DNA of 64,000 bases from Sarea resinae (Eukaryota): assembly GCA_026026165.1 (NCBI GenBank), contig JAPEUD010000082.1, positions 1 through 64,000 on the forward strand. Direction: 5' to 3'. A program made the position numbers and the translations under genes. How positions within the stretch are numbered: position 1 is the first letter of the stretch; the number at the start of each line of letters is the position of its first letter. A model generated the notes under the pieces. That model did no database searches and was not told the DNA's origin. It worked only from the letters and a program-made list of their open reading frames with translations. Shown one piece after another: positions 52,573 through 64,000 of this stretch.

Positions 52573-53329
52573 CCTTGATTGATGAATGCTTGCTTGCTTG
52601 CTTGCTCGATTGCTTGATCGATCGACTTCACTATGATCCTGCCTACCTCTTTACCACTTGTACTCTTCTGATCGCAGACGTTGATGACTCCCCACTGTTG
52701 CTGCGTCGCTGCGTCGATCCAACATCACACGCTTCCCGCCGTTACGCTGCTCACCCGGAGCCAACTGAGCTGATCTATCCTTCTTCGGCCGCCCTGGCGA
52801 GGCAAGAAGGTATCGGCGAGCATCGAACAGAGCGTGGTGGTGGCACGACATAACCACGCCCCGTCCTCCATAAAACAGTGCCCTCCTCTGATGCCCCACG
52901 CCGCCCTCGACGATCCCACGGGCAGACCGACCATTCCATGTCTGCCAGCCGAGGCTGCCATCTTACATGAGAGACCAGAGCGATAGAAATAGAAGCTACC
53001 GGCGTCATTGCGCTGAGCTCGGATATTTGCTAGAAGCGAGCAGGGAAAGCAAAGTCCCGACATTGAGACAAGAGTGGATCAACTCATCCCCGAAGACGCA
53101 ACAATCACCTCCACCTGCCGCGCATTAGCCTCGCTGGCATTTGCAGTGAGGCAGCATTGATCAATCGATTGTGTCGGACCGCCGAGACTCTATTGTACTA
53201 GGGCATTCGTTGTTGTTGATCCGTGTCTGCTTCCACGCTGCCCGGACAGAACGTCAACTGCTGCACCTGGAGGACCTTCGTTTATATCACTTCGTCCAGC
53301 TTGTGCCAGACACAGAACGTCGACGAAAG

Positions 53330-56300
53330 ATGGCCGGCATTCTTGAAACCGAGCGATCGCGTACGAGGAGAGAGAGGACGTATGTCGGCAGCATCTGCTC
53401 CGTATGCGACGAACCACTCGAGCACACCTTACGAGGTGAACGAATCTTACAGTTTTCATGCGGTCATGTATCACACGAAGCATGCTTTTACGAATATATC
53501 AAAGATTTTGAGCGTTATTGTCCGACTTGCAATGCGCCTCTTGGGTTGGATACGAGTCGGGGCGGGAACGTGCTGGATCTTGGTAAGAAGAAAAGCCAGA
53601 GTGAGCATCAGGTCCACAAACGCTGATAGCTGGGTAGAGAAGCTAAGTAGTCTTGTCCGATCAGTATCGTTGAGCGAACCAAAGGACCCCGCTCGAAGTG
53701 CGCAGGCGACGCCGACGCCGTGGGACAATCGAGCTTCACGAGACCCACGAGATTCACGAGACCGCCCAACGAGCCCCGAGCCCAGCGCCCGCAAGTCACA
53801 GAGAGGCAGCAGAGAGAGCCGCGAGCGGCTCGAGAGATCCAGCAGTAAGCCACAGCAACACAAGAGAAACGACAGTGAAACTACGGGTCCCGCTTACTCC
53901 GGTGATTACGTCGATCCCCAGCAAAATTTGGTTGCCAATTCAGTTGGCAACTCTCTTGGCAACTCCCTGAACAGGAGACACGATTTCGATGTGCAGTCAA
54001 TGGAGACTACTATGAGCAGTCCTCGCTCGACCGTAACGAAGAATCCGGTGCCCGCCCCAATTGTCACTGTCCGCAGCGAATTCCCAACTCTCAATCGGTC
54101 TCGTCAGCAGCAGAGCTTGACATGTTTGGTCACCGTCGAGGTTCCCGAAAGCAAGTGGCGACCGGACCCCGATGATCTACAGAGTGCTCCTCCGGTTCCC
54201 TCTATTCCCCCGTTGGAGGGCTTCAACAATCGCCCCAAAACCCCTCCATCGGCCTTCGCGCAGGATTGGCCCTATGAGTCGCCCGAGGTGCTCGAAGAAA
54301 TTACCGAAGACCTCCGCTCGCGGGTCGATAATTGGCATGGCCTGGATTTCCAGAGGTGTGTGTTCATAATAGTGCAATGCATATCGAACTTCACTCTGAC
54401 AAAACAATCGCAGGTTTGGAAGGCTTCGTCTCCATGGCACTCTTCGGGTTGGCAAGGACCGCCAATCCTGGCAAGAGCTAGAATGCTACCTCTTCTCGGA
54501 AATGCTCATATGCGTGAAGGAGAAGAGGGGCCAACAACAGTATCAGTGGGATGAAGCCGGTTCGAGCAGAAAGATCTCGAGGTGCACGTTGAAGGGCTCA
54601 ATCCTTATCCGAAAGCACCTCAAGCAGGTTGAATCAACTCCTGGTATGTCTGATGCTTGCCTTGGCATGCGCCTTTCGCTGATCTTGTACCTATTAGATG
54701 AGCCCATTCTCACTCTGAGACTGTCTGTTGCTGAGCTGCCGTCATTTCATTTGCAATTTCAAGGCCGGAAGCAACTCGATCTATGGAAGAGGGCACTCCT
54801 TGACCTTGACGATCTTGAGCATCAACTTCGCAGTCCCGCATATGACCAGGAATATTCTGGCACCGATGATGAAGATTATCGCATCCAGAGATCCAAAAAG
54901 CGAGTATCTTCTCTTGCGTCCTCCTTTGGAGCTGGTAAATCTATCAATACAGCGCCCACGGAATACACTGGCTCTGCCAGAGGAACCCAAGATCTGTCAC
55001 CAATGATGGAAGCGATCCATGTTCCCCTTGACCTCGTCGTCGTCGTACCGGTCTCGTCCTCAATGCAAGGCCTCAAAATCTCGCTGCTTCGCGACGCGCT
55101 CCGATTTCTTGTCCAGAACCTCGGCGAGAGGGACCGAATGGGACTTGTGACCTTTGGATCCAGTGGCGGAGGTGTCCCATTGGTTGGGATGACCACCAAA
55201 GCCTGGGGTGGCTGGTCAAATATCTTAGAGGCCATTCGCCCAGTCGGCCAGAAGAGTCTTCGCGCGGACGTTGTCGAGGGGGCGAATGTCGCCATGGATC
55301 TCTTGATGCAACGAAGATCTAATAACCCCATCGCTACGATTCTTCTTATCAGCGATTCATCGACATCGGATGCCGAAAGTGTTGATTTCGTGATTTCGAG
55401 AGCTGAAGCTGCCAAGTTCGTCACCCTCCATCCTTTGCATTCCTCCCAACTGTTGAACCCCTTCCCGACGATCATAGCGAACATGGTGTATTGACTGGTT
55501 ATTTTTTAGGGTTGCCATTCATTCGTTTGGCCTTGGTCTAACCCACAAGCCCGACACTATCATCGAGCTCTCGACACGCACGAAAGCATCTTATACTTAT
55601 GTCAAAGATTGGATGATGCTAAGAGAATGTGTCGCTGGAGCGCTAGGCGCTTTACAATCCACTTCGCATCAAAATGTCAAACTGAAATTAAGGCTTCCCG
55701 AGGGCTCACCAGCGAAATTCGTGAAGATTAGCGGTGCTCTCCACATCACAAAGCGGGCCACGGGAAGAGATGCTGAAGCTGCGCTTGGTGATTTGAGATT
55801 TGGAGATAAGAGAGGTTTGTATAAATCTTTGCGATCAGCGATAGTGAACGATGCTGATAGATTGCAGACGTGCTCATTCAGCTTGTGATCAGCCCAGATA
55901 GCTCATCACAGGAGCAATTGCCTCAGGATGCATGGGAAAGCATCGTATCCGGCCTGGAAGCTTTGGGCGGGCCACTCGAACAAGATGAGCAGCGGCCCCC
56001 GAGCGTCGAGGAATTACCACTCATCCAGGCCGACCTCACTTACGGAGATATCCTACGCGAAGGCTCCCTGGCTCATCTACCGCGGCCATCTCTGCTTGCT
56101 ATTACGATGCTGCCTATGCCATCCAAAACCAGATCGCCGGGAGCTCCCAGCACACCCCCAATCCCGTCACACCCGTCAGTCGTACAACGACGAATGGAAT
56201 TGTTGACTTCTGACATGCTCACCCGGGCCCTCACCCTCGTATCCCGGGGACAGAATGACAGGGCGAGTCATTTATTGGGGGAGACCCGGAGCATACTCAA

Positions 56301-56715
56301 GGGGCTAGGCAAGGGCGGCCTCCCACCTCTTCCACGGCCGGCAACAAACTCATTAGCTGCACCCAGTGTTCCTAGCACGCCCCGAGTGCCTGGCAGTCCG
56401 GACTCTAGGCGGACCCCATCCCCCCACTCGGACGCATTCGGTGTCTCACAGGGCGTCGATTCTGCAACAGTGTCTGCCCTAGACGCTGAATTAGAGTCTG
56501 CGCTTGAGTGGATCTCTCACCCAGCCGTCTTCGGCCGGGACTCCCGAAAAGCTGTCTTGCAAGCAATCGGCGTGATATCCTCGCAGCGTGGATATACTTT
56601 CAGGACCACGGTGGAAACACTCTGGGCTTCCAGGATATCGGGTATCCGGAATCTCACGACCAAAGCCCGGGAATGGCGCGAGTCTGGCGACGAAGCTTTA
56701 AGAGAAGAGGCTTGA
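53330..56715 (+). CDS. RING-H2 / PH-like / VWA protein (Far1/Ste5-type architecture); introns 53583-53637, 54356-54413, 54644-54697, 55416-55509, 55815-55867
   Basis: RING-H2 CSVC...CGHVSHEAC...CPTC; PH-like segment (LECYLFSEMLICVKEK...LWKRAL); VWA (PLDLVVVVPVSSSM...RMGLVTF...ILLISD); five canonical introns link the ORF fragments. Confidence 0.85.
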
Positions 56716-57440
56716 GAGCTTCTGCCATCTTTGCTCTAGTGCCGCAATCACGATCATGTCTTTCACATTGTATCATATTAGCTTTGCGTGCATGGCGCCG
56801 CGGATACCTCGAACCTTTTGATATTTTTTCTTTGTCTTGAAACGGAGTCGGTTCTATCGCGGCATGGCGGCTTTGGTCGGTACTTGCATGTACGATCTGA
56901 GGATGGGTGGATCTTTGATTCCAAGGGTTCGGGTGCCGTCATGATCTAGGTCGCATTTATAGAAGGAGGCCATTACGACATTTCATTTCCTCGCAAAAGG
57001 AAGCTACTATTGCTGTTGTCCAGCCTTTTTCATTTAGATAGTCTTTTCACGCCATTGACCGAGCGCACATTTCTCCTATCATCTAGCATTCTGAGATATC
57101 AGTCAATACACTGGTCAATTTCCACACATACAATTGAGAGTTTGATTTCACAGATAATCGATATCAGCCAGAGCAGATGAAACGGCATCAAAAGTAATGA
57201 ACGGGGTCTAGAGGGTGAATAGGTCTGATATTCTCTTGACGATGTCCGATTTCGTCGTACGGAAATCGCCGTGCGATCGCTATGACGGCCCGGGGAACCT
57301 CGCAAGTAATCGTCATTGGCCGTAGTCATCCGCGTTTTCTAGCCGCGAAGCGGAACTCTGAACACCTTTAGGCAAGCACGGCTAGCCTCGTCCTAAAGTT
57401 GATAGATCGTACGGGTATGGCCTCTTTGATCTCCTAGAAG

Positions 57441-58797
57441 ATGAAAGCACTCCGCTTTTGGCGCACGCGGTGGGCGGCACCGGCGCAAACCCTTCGACCC
57501 CAGTTGACCTTCAGACCGCGCCCACAGCCTCAGCTACAACAACGGGCTAGGTATCAGGTTGGCTTCCCTGGACAAGGCCCTCGCTATAATCGATTTGGCT
57601 CTTCTTATAATCGAGCGCGAAATTGGGGCTCGTTATGGAGGGAGAGTCCGACGTTCAGGTACATGACTTTTGGAGTTGGAGGCTCCGCCGTGGGGTTCTA
57701 TGTCTACAACCTTGAGGAGGTTCCGGTATGAACTTGGGAGCGTTCCTTTACGAAAACCCCACGTTACTAAATGCCTCCAAACCAGATCTCGGGACGGAGA
57801 CGCTTCAATATCTGCTCGGCGGAAAACGAGGAGCAACTAGGAAAGCAGGAGTATGAGCGCGTTCTCCAGCAGGTCGGCAATCGTGTCTTGCCAGCCTGGC
57901 ACCCGAGCTCGAGGATGGTTCGGAGGGTACTGGACCGCTTGATACCTGCATCAGGTCTGGGCGACCAGAAATGGGAAGTCCATGTCATTGATGCCCCAGA
58001 TGAGATGAATGCATTTGTCATCCCGGGGTAGGTAGCAGAGTTCTATGATGCTACTGCGTATGGCCACCGAAACTGACGTTATTCAAAGGGGAAAGGTCTT
58101 CGTTTTCAGCGGCATTCTACCACTCTGCCAGGGAGATGACGGCCTTGCGGCAGTTTTGGGACATGAGATTGCTCACAATGTTGCACATCACGTCGCCGAG
58201 AAAGTCAGCCAAGGCGTCTGGGTATTTGCGGGTATGATTATTCTTGGCGTAATGCTTGCGACCCCAGATTGGGCAAGCAGAGCCGCGCTGGACCTGGCAT
58301 ATCAAAAACCAGGCTCCAGAGCTCAAGAGGTGCGTCTCTATTCCATACTCGTCTAGGTCTTTATTACTAAACCTCTTCCAAGTCCGAGGCAGATTATATA
58401 GGTTTAAGTATGGGTATTCGCCACGTGTCTGACCAAGGCTGACAAGGGCAGTGATCATGGCTCAAAGCTGCTATGACCCAGAGGCGGCCGTGGGCTTGTA
58501 TGTTTCCACGTCCAGGAAATCAAAGTTAGGAGGCTGATGAAAGCAGATGGCAACGCATGGAAAAGGCCGAAAAATATGCTCCCCCGCAGTTCATCTCGAC
58601 TCACCCTTCAAGTCATAATCGGATCGACAAGATTCGGGAATGGCTCCCAGAAGCAGAAAACAAACGGGCCGAGTCCGACTGCGTTTCTACGCTAGGTTAT
58701 GGTGAGATGATGTCCATACAAAGCTCGTCAAGCTGGTTCACTGACATACTCTACAGCGAATGATTTCAAAAAGGCATTTGGCCAAGTCATCTGGTAG
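57441..58797 (+). CDS. OMA1: Mitochondrial metalloendopeptidase Oma1 (peptidase M48); introns 57726-57785, 58028-58088, 58330-58382, 58408-58451, 58498-58546, 58702-58756
   Basis: Presequence; NAFVIPGGKVFVFSG; HEIAH zinc motif; ESEADYIGL; FISTHPS. Confidence 0.92.
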
Positions 58798-59205
58798 CGC
58801 GCATATTGGTCCAGAGCAGTCTGTACATATGGAGATCAGATTCCCCGACGACGTGTGATTAGCTAGGCGTACGCGGAATGCAGAATAGATATTGTAGAAT
58901 CTGATGTATTATTTTAAGAATAAATTTCAAGAAGACTCCCAAATCAAGGTCAGCGTACTGTGAATTCAGATGCAATCGTGACTATGTTGAAAAGGAGAAC
59001 CCTCACAGGACATAGGTACGTTAGGCGAAACGAGGCTTCGCTGCAGTTTCGATAGTGTTGCCAAGATATTTCGAATTGCGCGTCGTATCGACTACCGTAG
59101 CGTAGCGCGCGTGGAGCGAAACATCAGAAATCCGTTCGGCGACAGAGCAGAGATATTGTTACCAGCGTCGACTTTTGACTCTTCAACGGTTCAATAGTCT
59201 CCACC

Positions 59206-60964
59206 ATGTCGTTGTCAATACCAAGTGCACCAGGCGCCGGCCTGTTCAAGCAAGGCTATCAAAAGTAAGTCTTGCCAGATCACATCTCAAGTGTCCAAGT
59301 CATTTGCTAATCGGCCCTTCGTTGCTCAGCTACGAGAGTGAGGATGGCGCTGTTCTCCGCAATATCGACGCATGTCGGGCCATTGCTTCGACCGTACAGA
59401 CCTCCCTGGGTCCTTATGGCCGAAATAAGATCGTCATCAACCATCTCCAGAAGATGATCCTCACGTCCGACGCTGCTACGATCCTAAGGGAGCTGGACGT
59501 CGTGCATCCCGCCGCCAAGCTGATCGTCATGGCCAGCCAGCAGCAAGAAGCTGAGATGGGCGATGCAACGAACATGGTCATTGTTCTGGCCGGAGAGATG
59601 CTGAAGAAAGCGGAAGATCTTCTGCGTTTGGGATTAAAGGCCAGCGACATAGTGCAAGGTTACGAGAGGGCGCAGAAGTTTGCTCTGGAGGCCTTGGAGG
59701 GTGAGTCTTGATGCGTCGTGCCAACAGCTTTTTTTCTGACAGTATTGCAGAATTGGAGGTCGACAGAGTCAAGGATATTCGGTCACAGTCGGAGCTGAGC
59801 AAAGCTATACGCACAGTGGTCGCCTCGAAGCAGTCGGGTAGCGAGGACTTCCTTGCCGATATGGTCGCCGAGGCGGTGCTTGCTGTGCTGCCAAAGAACC
59901 CTATCAACTTCAACGTGGACAACATCCGAGTAGTGAAGATCATGGGAGGAAGTCTAGAGCAGAGCAGAGTCGTGAAGGGTATGGTGTTTGGAAGGGAGCC
60001 CGACGGGTCGGTCAAGAAAGCAAGCAAAGCCAAGGTCGGAATCTACACATGCCCCATCGATATAAGTCAGACGGAGACCAAGGGCACAGTGCTGCTACAC
60101 AACGCCAAGGAGATGCTCGATTTCACCAAGGGTGAGGAGCAACAACTCGAGACGATCATCAAGGAGCTACATGACTCGGGGCTTCGGGTCGTCGTGGCCG
60201 GCGCCACTGTCGGCGAGCTCGCTCTACATTATTTGAACCGATTCGGCATCCTAGTGGTCAAGATCATGAGCAAGTTCGAACTCCGACGGCTCTGCAGAGT
60301 CGTAGGCGCAACCCCACTCGCGAGGTTGGGTGCCCCTATGCCAGACGAGATGGGAAGTGTCGATGTCGTTGAGACGCTCGAGATTGGAGGCGATCGAGTG
60401 ACGGTCTTCAGGCAAGAGAACGATGTCACACGGACCGCCACGCTCGTCATTCGAGGTGCGACACAGAACCATCTCGACGACATTGAGCGCGCCGTGGATG
60501 ATGGCGTCAACGTGGTCAAGGCAATCACGAGAGACCCGAGACTGGTGCCGGGAGCCGGAGCGACGGAGATGCAACTGGTGGAGCGAATAAATGCCTTTGG
60601 CGAGAAGACACCGGGTCTCCCACAGTATTCGATCAAGAAGTTTGCTGAAGCCTTTGAAGTCATCCCGCGTACTCTGGCGGAAAGTGCTGGGTTGGATGCC
60701 ACCGAGGTGCTCAGCAGGCTGTACAATGCTCATCGCAAGAGGTCCGACTGGACCACTGGGGTGGACCTCGAGAACGACGATGATACGGGGACTTTGGATG
60801 CCAAGGATGAGGGCATTTTGGACTTGATGGTGTCAAAAAGCTGGGCGATCAAGCTTGCCACCGAAGCAGTGCGGACGGTCCTCGCGGTCGACCAGATCAT
60901 CGTCGCAAGACAGGCAGGCGGGCCGAAACCACCCGGGCCCAACCCGGGATGGGACGATGATTGA
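59206..60964 (+). CDS. CCT8: Chaperonin CCT/TRiC subunit theta; introns 59265-59329, 59701-59750
   Basis: MSLSIPSAPGAGLFKQGY; TSLGPYGRNK; EMGDATN; SKFELRRLCR; C-terminal AGGPKPPGPNPGWDDD. Confidence 0.97.
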
Positions 60965-61505
60965 GCATTTGGAGACGGCATCTGGCTTGCGTCTATGTAT
61001 TATTGTATCCACCATAGTTCATAGCGAACTCGATAGAGACCAAAAATGCGCCTGTTCACCAATTCCTCGTGCAGTGTATAGATTTAGGAGATATGTTATG
61101 TGAATGCTGAAAAGCTCCTGCTGAGAACAGTGGCAACCATGAGGGTGTTGACAAGGGTATTGCACTGCTATACGGATTGTATCATATCACGAGTGGGAGG
61201 TGTCCGGCCAATGTCCAATGCCTCAACACCATGGAAGTGCTCGCGTAGCCAATACAGCTGGGCGACGTGCATCGCCGACCTCATCAGCCTCATCTCGCTT
61301 CCATCCGCCCTTCACCCATCATTCCAGCATCATCTTTCACCGGATTCTCTCTGGGACTGCCTTTCATAATCGCCGAACTCTCTCTGTCTACAGTCGAGTT
61401 CAAACATCAAGCAAGCAGCAAGCATAGACTGCGATACTGCTCACCACAACCACATCTGCAACATAACTGCAGCTCAAGAGCTCGCAAGAGCTCATCCCTT
61501 CAAAG

Positions 61506-62726
61506 ATGCCACAAAACAGTTTGTCTTCCACACCGCCGCCTTGTCAGAACGAGTAGCTAATCTCTGCTTCCTCGTCTCTCACAGCAGCCATACCGGCCCC
61601 GCTCCCTCCCTCGGTCGAGAATGCCTACCGCAGCAAATGCATCGAGCTCCGCCGGCGCATGAACGAAGTCGACGAAGCCAATGACGCCTTCCGTCTGCGC
61701 AAGCTGCGACTGAATCGCGGCATCCGCAAAATGCGACTCGAACGTGCGTTTCTGCTGGCGCAACTGGCGCGGCGCACGAGGAAGAGCGCTGTGCTGGAGG
61801 GCGAGGAGAGCAGTGGCAGTGAGGGAGCGCCGCCGCCGACGGTAAGCCGAATTTATTCATTCCAACGAGCTTTCTCTTCCTTTCTTCCGTTTGCAAGACC
61901 CCTACTACTACTTGCATGTTTGGGCTATCTGCTTGCGGCCATCTTCAGACCCTCTACATGTCAATCCACACACAGACTAAGCTAATACGCCAATCCCTTC
62001 ACAACCCAACAGCCCAAGGACAAACCCCTCCGCGCGAAACGCAACCACCGCCGACCGTCGCAACCACTCGATCTGCCCTCCCCCCCACCGCCACCAACCA
62101 CGACGCTGTCTCTAGCCCCGAAACCCAGCACAGTCGACTCGTCCCCGCCGCCACTTACGTCCAAAGGAGCATCCAATGGCGGCACACCATCAGCCATGAC
62201 GAGCTCATCCAAGCCGGCACCGTCGACGTCGGAGCTCCGGCGCGCGCACAAGCTCTTCGTGTCCACGTCGCGCGAGGTCCTCCAGGCCCGCGCCGACACG
62301 TCGGCGCTCGACGCGGTGGCGCTCGACGAGCTGGTGGAGCGCTGCTGGAGCGCCGTCGGTCTCAAGGGTCAGCTGCCCTGGATCAAGATCTCCAGCGTCG
62401 GCCCCAGCAAGCGCGATAACACGGCCGTCAAAAGGCACGCGGAGCGCGATCTGCGGGGGTGCGAGAACGAGATCGAGGAGGAGATTTCGGGGACGGCGGG
62501 TGGAGCCGGCGAGGGCGAGGATGGGGGCGAAGGTGAGGAGACCGCAGATGCGCAGGGCGGAAAGGCCGAAGTCGAGGACGAGGACGTTAGGATGGATGAG
62601 GGCGGAGAGGATGGAGATGGAGATGGAGACGGCGGGGAGGATGGTAATGGTGGTGGCAAAGGAAAAGCCGATGATGGCGATGGCAAGGGTGGTATCGGCG
62701 GTGGATTCACGGCCGTGAATCGCTAG
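61506..62726 (+). CDS. INO80-associated Nhp10/Nht1-like protein (N-terminal coiled coil plus divergent HMG-box-like region and acidic tail); introns 61519-61584, 61842-62012
   Basis: LPPSVENAYRSKCIELRRRMNEVDEAND...KMRLERAFLL; PPPT|PKDKPLRAKR; C-terminal GGFTAVNR. The first exon (MPQN) is inferred from splice signals. Confidence 0.7.
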
Positions 62727-62899
62727 GTAGACTCTTTGGTCGTCAACGCTTTTTTCTTTCTTCTCTTCATCTCTACGTTTTCTTCCTCGACGGCGTCATG
62801 CATGAGTTGAATATGGCGGCGGCCTCAGACACAGAGACACAGAGACACAAATTATCTGAGTCTGGCGCCTGATGTCTGGCGCGTGGCATCTAGCACTTT

Positions 62900-63073
62900 T
62901 TTCCCTCTTCCCCTCTTCCCCTCTTCACCTTACCTTACCATACCATACCTAGTCCTTTGCCAAACCTCGCCATACCTAGCCCTTTACCTAGCCCCAGTCC
63001 TAGTACTCATCCTTTATTTCCCCCCTCCCCCTCGCTTTGCTAGAGAACCTAGGAACTAATACCTCTTTCCCCC

Positions 63074-63139
<66 letters not shown>

Positions 63140-63380
63140 TCTTACCCCCCTCTTACCCCTAATATCCCTTTCTCGATTATTTTTTTTAAACATTATCTCA
63201 CTTGTCTCTTGTCTCTTGTCTCTTGTCCCTCACTCTTGTCTCTTTCTCGCTTGTTTTTTTTTTTTTTCTTTTTTTTTCTTTTTGGTTTTGTCTTTCTTAG
63301 GACTATAGGGCGTGTTTATTGCGGGTTAGTTATAGGGCTATGTTGTATTAAGTTTAAGTATAGGTAGGAAAGGGCTAAGG

Positions 63381-63425
<45 letters not shown>

Positions 63426-64000
63426 GAAAGGTGTAGGTCTAGGTAGGTAGGTCTATCTGGATCTAAGTGTGTTAGAATCTCAGGGCATTAGATCTAGGTG
63501 TGTTCGATCTAGGTGTATTAGTTATAGAAGATATAAATTTTTCTAGTAGAGATAGAGGTAGAGAAATATAGAAAAGATACCTAGAGAAGAGCGAGAAGGT
63601 AGAGAATATAGATCTAGCACTCTTAATATTTCTAATACTCTTAAGACTATACTATTCTATTTGTCTAGTCTATTATCTATTATCTGTTATCTATTATCTA
63701 TTATCTATTGTCTAGAAAGGTATAGAGAGAGTAGAGAGTAGAGAGTAAAGAGTAAAGAGTAAAAGAGTATAGAGTAAAGAGTAAAGAGAGAGTAGAGAGA
63801 GTAGAGAGAGTAAAGAGAGTAAAGAGCCCTAGGTATTTCTCTAGCTAAGTTAATTAGGTTCCTTACTTATTTATAAGTAGTTTAGTAGGTAGGTAAGTAT
63901 AAGGGTAGGTAAGTATAAGGGTAGGTAAGTAGGTAGGTAGGTAGGTAGGTAGGTAGGTAGGTAGGTAGGTAGGTAGGTAGGTAGGTAGGTAGGTAGGTAG
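62900..64000. repeat. AT-rich, RIP-like degenerate and low-complexity region with (CT)n about 63079-63135, (GA)n about 63384-63422, (TATCTAT)n, (AGAGTA)n and (GGTA)n to the window end
   Basis: No ORFs; abundant TpA/CTAG and visually few CpA; multiple microsatellites. Confidence 0.75.

Noticed and set aside
954..54697. Several stop-free introns of length 3n (954-1010, 15462-15515, 29138-29185, 36601-36651, 54644-54697) that could be retained in frame
   Set aside because: About five among roughly 45 short introns is near chance expectation, and all have normal splice signals.

Overview
Gene-dense eukaryotic DNA from a filamentous ascomycete (Pezizomycotina-type: short GT-AG introns of mostly 45-100 nt with CTRAY branch points). 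I reconstructed 18 protein-coding genes by hand, almost all conserved housekeeping genes: ZRT3-like ZIP transporter, SIN1/AVO1, PRCC-like protein, midasin MDN1/REA1, mitochondrial L12, CTK3, PRO3, a CLC chloride transporter, neurochondrin-like protein, mitochondrial phosphate carrier, F-box/WD40 protein, ATX2/ZIP9-like transporter, HAT1, PDA1, a RING-PH-VWA (Far1/Ste5-architecture) protein, OMA1, CCT8 and an Nhp10/Nht1-like INO80 subunit. Many genes sit in tight head-to-head pairs. A roughly 7 kb gap with no credible ORF (46.3-53.3 kb) carries clusters of repeated motifs. Both window ends are low-complexity, and the right end looks RIP-degraded. I saw no clearly novel multi-gene system. The best leads are a CLC with Gln at the proton-glutamate position, the motif-rich 7 kb gap upstream of the Far1/Ste5-like gene, a candidate zinc-response element cluster, and sequence peculiarities at convergent gene ends. 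All identifications come from motif recognition, not database searches.
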